A stretch of 64,000 nucleotides of DNA. Source: Ilumatobacteraceae bacterium. Its GTDB lineage: Bacteria > Actinomycetota > Acidimicrobiia > Acidimicrobiales > Ilumatobacteraceae. Location: contig DATLBC010000140.1 in the NCBI GenBank assembly GCA_035527095.1, forward strand, positions 6,820 to 70,819. Reading direction: 5' to 3'. The notes beneath the pieces are model-generated. The model saw only the letters and a program-made list of their open reading frames with translations, had not been told where the DNA came from and made no database searches. Position 1 is the stretch's first letter. Each line of letters begins with the position of its first letter. Below, in pieces: positions 62,951 through 64,000 of this stretch. Made by a program: the position numbers and the translations under genes.

Positions 62951-63846
62951 GTCACGTACCGGAACCGGTGAACGGCGTACTCGCCGTCGACGAACTCGGC
63001 GACACGTTCGGCCCCTGGCACGAGCGCGGGTACGTCGCCCTCGGCAACACGACGCCGGAACTCCGACGCAGCCGCGCGATGACCCGGACTGCCGTGGGTG
63101 TCGATCCACGTGAGCGTCTCGGCTTCGATGTCCGAGCGCCCATACCGGCGCGTCATCCACAGCCGAGCGAGCGTGCCCGAGGTGATCTCGAACTCGGAGA
63201 TGGCGACCCCAGCGCCGACCGTGATGCGCTTGTCATGGAACACCGCCGCACGCGGGGCGTGACACACCCGCCACCCGGAGAGGCGCAGACGCCACGAGAT
63301 GTCGACGTCGTCGCAGTACATCGGGAAGAAGTGCGAGTCGAATCCATCGACGGCATCGAAGGCCTGCCGGCGAAACATGAAGCAACTCCCGCTCCCCCAC
63401 GATGTGTCTGCGGTGACCGGATCGTGGTCCTTCGGGTGTTCGATCGGTATCTGGCGGCCGTCGACAGCACCCACTCCGTCGCCCGCCAGCGTGGCGAGGA
63501 GTTCGACCGCGCACTGTGGCGACGGATACGTGTCTGGGTTCAACACCCAGATGACGTCGTCGTTTCGCCGCGCGGCGAGGGCATTGGAACCCCCGCCCGA
63601 CCCGAGGTTCTCGCCGAACGCCACAGTGGCAACATGGTCGGCCACTCCGTCGAGCTCGGCTGCGAGCGCCGAGTGGAGCGACTCGATCGATGCCGGGTCA
63701 CCACAGTCGCCGAACTCCACAGACACCTGTTCGACGCCGGCCTCTCGAGCCTGCGCCATCGTGGCGGCGATCCCCTCGGCCAGCCGGATCAACTGCTGCG
63801 GATCGTTGTGGTACGTCACGATCTGGACGCCGACGCTTGGAAACAT
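62947..63846 (-). CDS. family-2 glycosyltransferase (rhamnosyltransferase-like)
   Basis: VGVQIVTYHN…NLGSGGGSNA…VLNPDT…GSCFMFRR.AF..VGGFD..FF.YCDDVDISWR…. Confidence 0.85.
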   Translation of the reverse strand: MFPSVGVQIVTYHNDPQQLIRLAEGIAATMAQAREAGVEQVSVEFGDCGDPASIESLHSALAAELDGVADHVATVAFGENLGSGGGSNALAARRNDDVIWVLNPDTYPSPQCAVELLATLAGDGVGAVDGRQIPIEHPKDHDPVTADTSWGSGSCFMFRRQAFDAVDGFDSHFFPMYCDDVDISWRLRLSGWRVCHAPRAAVFHDKRITVGAGVAISEFEITSGTLARLWMTRRYGRSDIEAETLTWIDTHGSPGHRAAASEFRRRVAEGDVPALVPGAERVAEFVDGEYAVHRFRYVT

Positions 63847-64000
63847 GGCGCCATGACGCTACCCGTCCGAGTCGGCGTCGGTTCGGACACTCGGCCGCGA
63901 CATGGCGATGTGGCCCGACCGGCACCGAACTCACCGATACGCTCACATCGGTGCCCGCAGCGACTCGCGCTCAGACGGCGGCGACGCCGCGTCCGTTCCC

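Noticed and set aside
63972-64000. Possible 3' end of another minus-strand gene (…GNGRGVAAV* with the stop at about 63971..63973).
   Set aside because: Only about 9 codons are visible before the window ends, which is too little to support a call.

Overview
This is a GC-rich, densely coding chromosomal segment that looks actinobacterial. Supporting signs are an imuA'-imuB/dnaE2 mutasome with TCGAAC-N4-GTTCGC LexA-type boxes, DUF3039- and DUF4031-like small proteins, frequent GTG/TTG starts, and GTGA/ATGA start-stop overlaps. I call about 60 protein genes and saw no rRNA, tRNA or CRISPR array. Core content includes malic enzyme, 2-oxoacid dehydrogenase parts (aceE, and an lpd-E2-lipB::lipA operon), RNase HI, an ArgJ-like protein, SDRs, transporters and regulators. 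The right third is a cell-envelope block: a SpoIID-type multidomain wall enzyme, an MBOAT plus AlgJ-like O-acylation pair, a Wzm/Wzt-type ABC exporter, several glycosyl/methyl-transferases and an O-antigen-ligase-like membrane protein. The most notable observations are these. (1) Two genes have a single in-frame stop, a TGA placed exactly at the redox-active Cys (a TlpA-like U-x-x-C lipoprotein and an ArsC-like reductase). Each TGA is followed by a SECIS-like hairpin, so both are candidate selenoproteins that automatic annotation would truncate. (2) A functionally uncharacterised SWIM / DUF5691-like / MoxR-type AAA+ / DUF5682-like / VWA gene set is split by a DUF222-HNH endonuclease gene. (3) lipB and lipA form one fused ORF. 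(4) A SpoIID-SGNH fusion lies next to an MBOAT/AlgJ-like pair. (5) A gene-decay islet surrounds two cupredoxin lipoprotein genes. (6) A Cys-rich open frame has coding-like codon bias but no canonical start codon. All product calls come from motif recognition by eye on the supplied translations. No database search or folding calculation was possible, and start codons are often uncertain.
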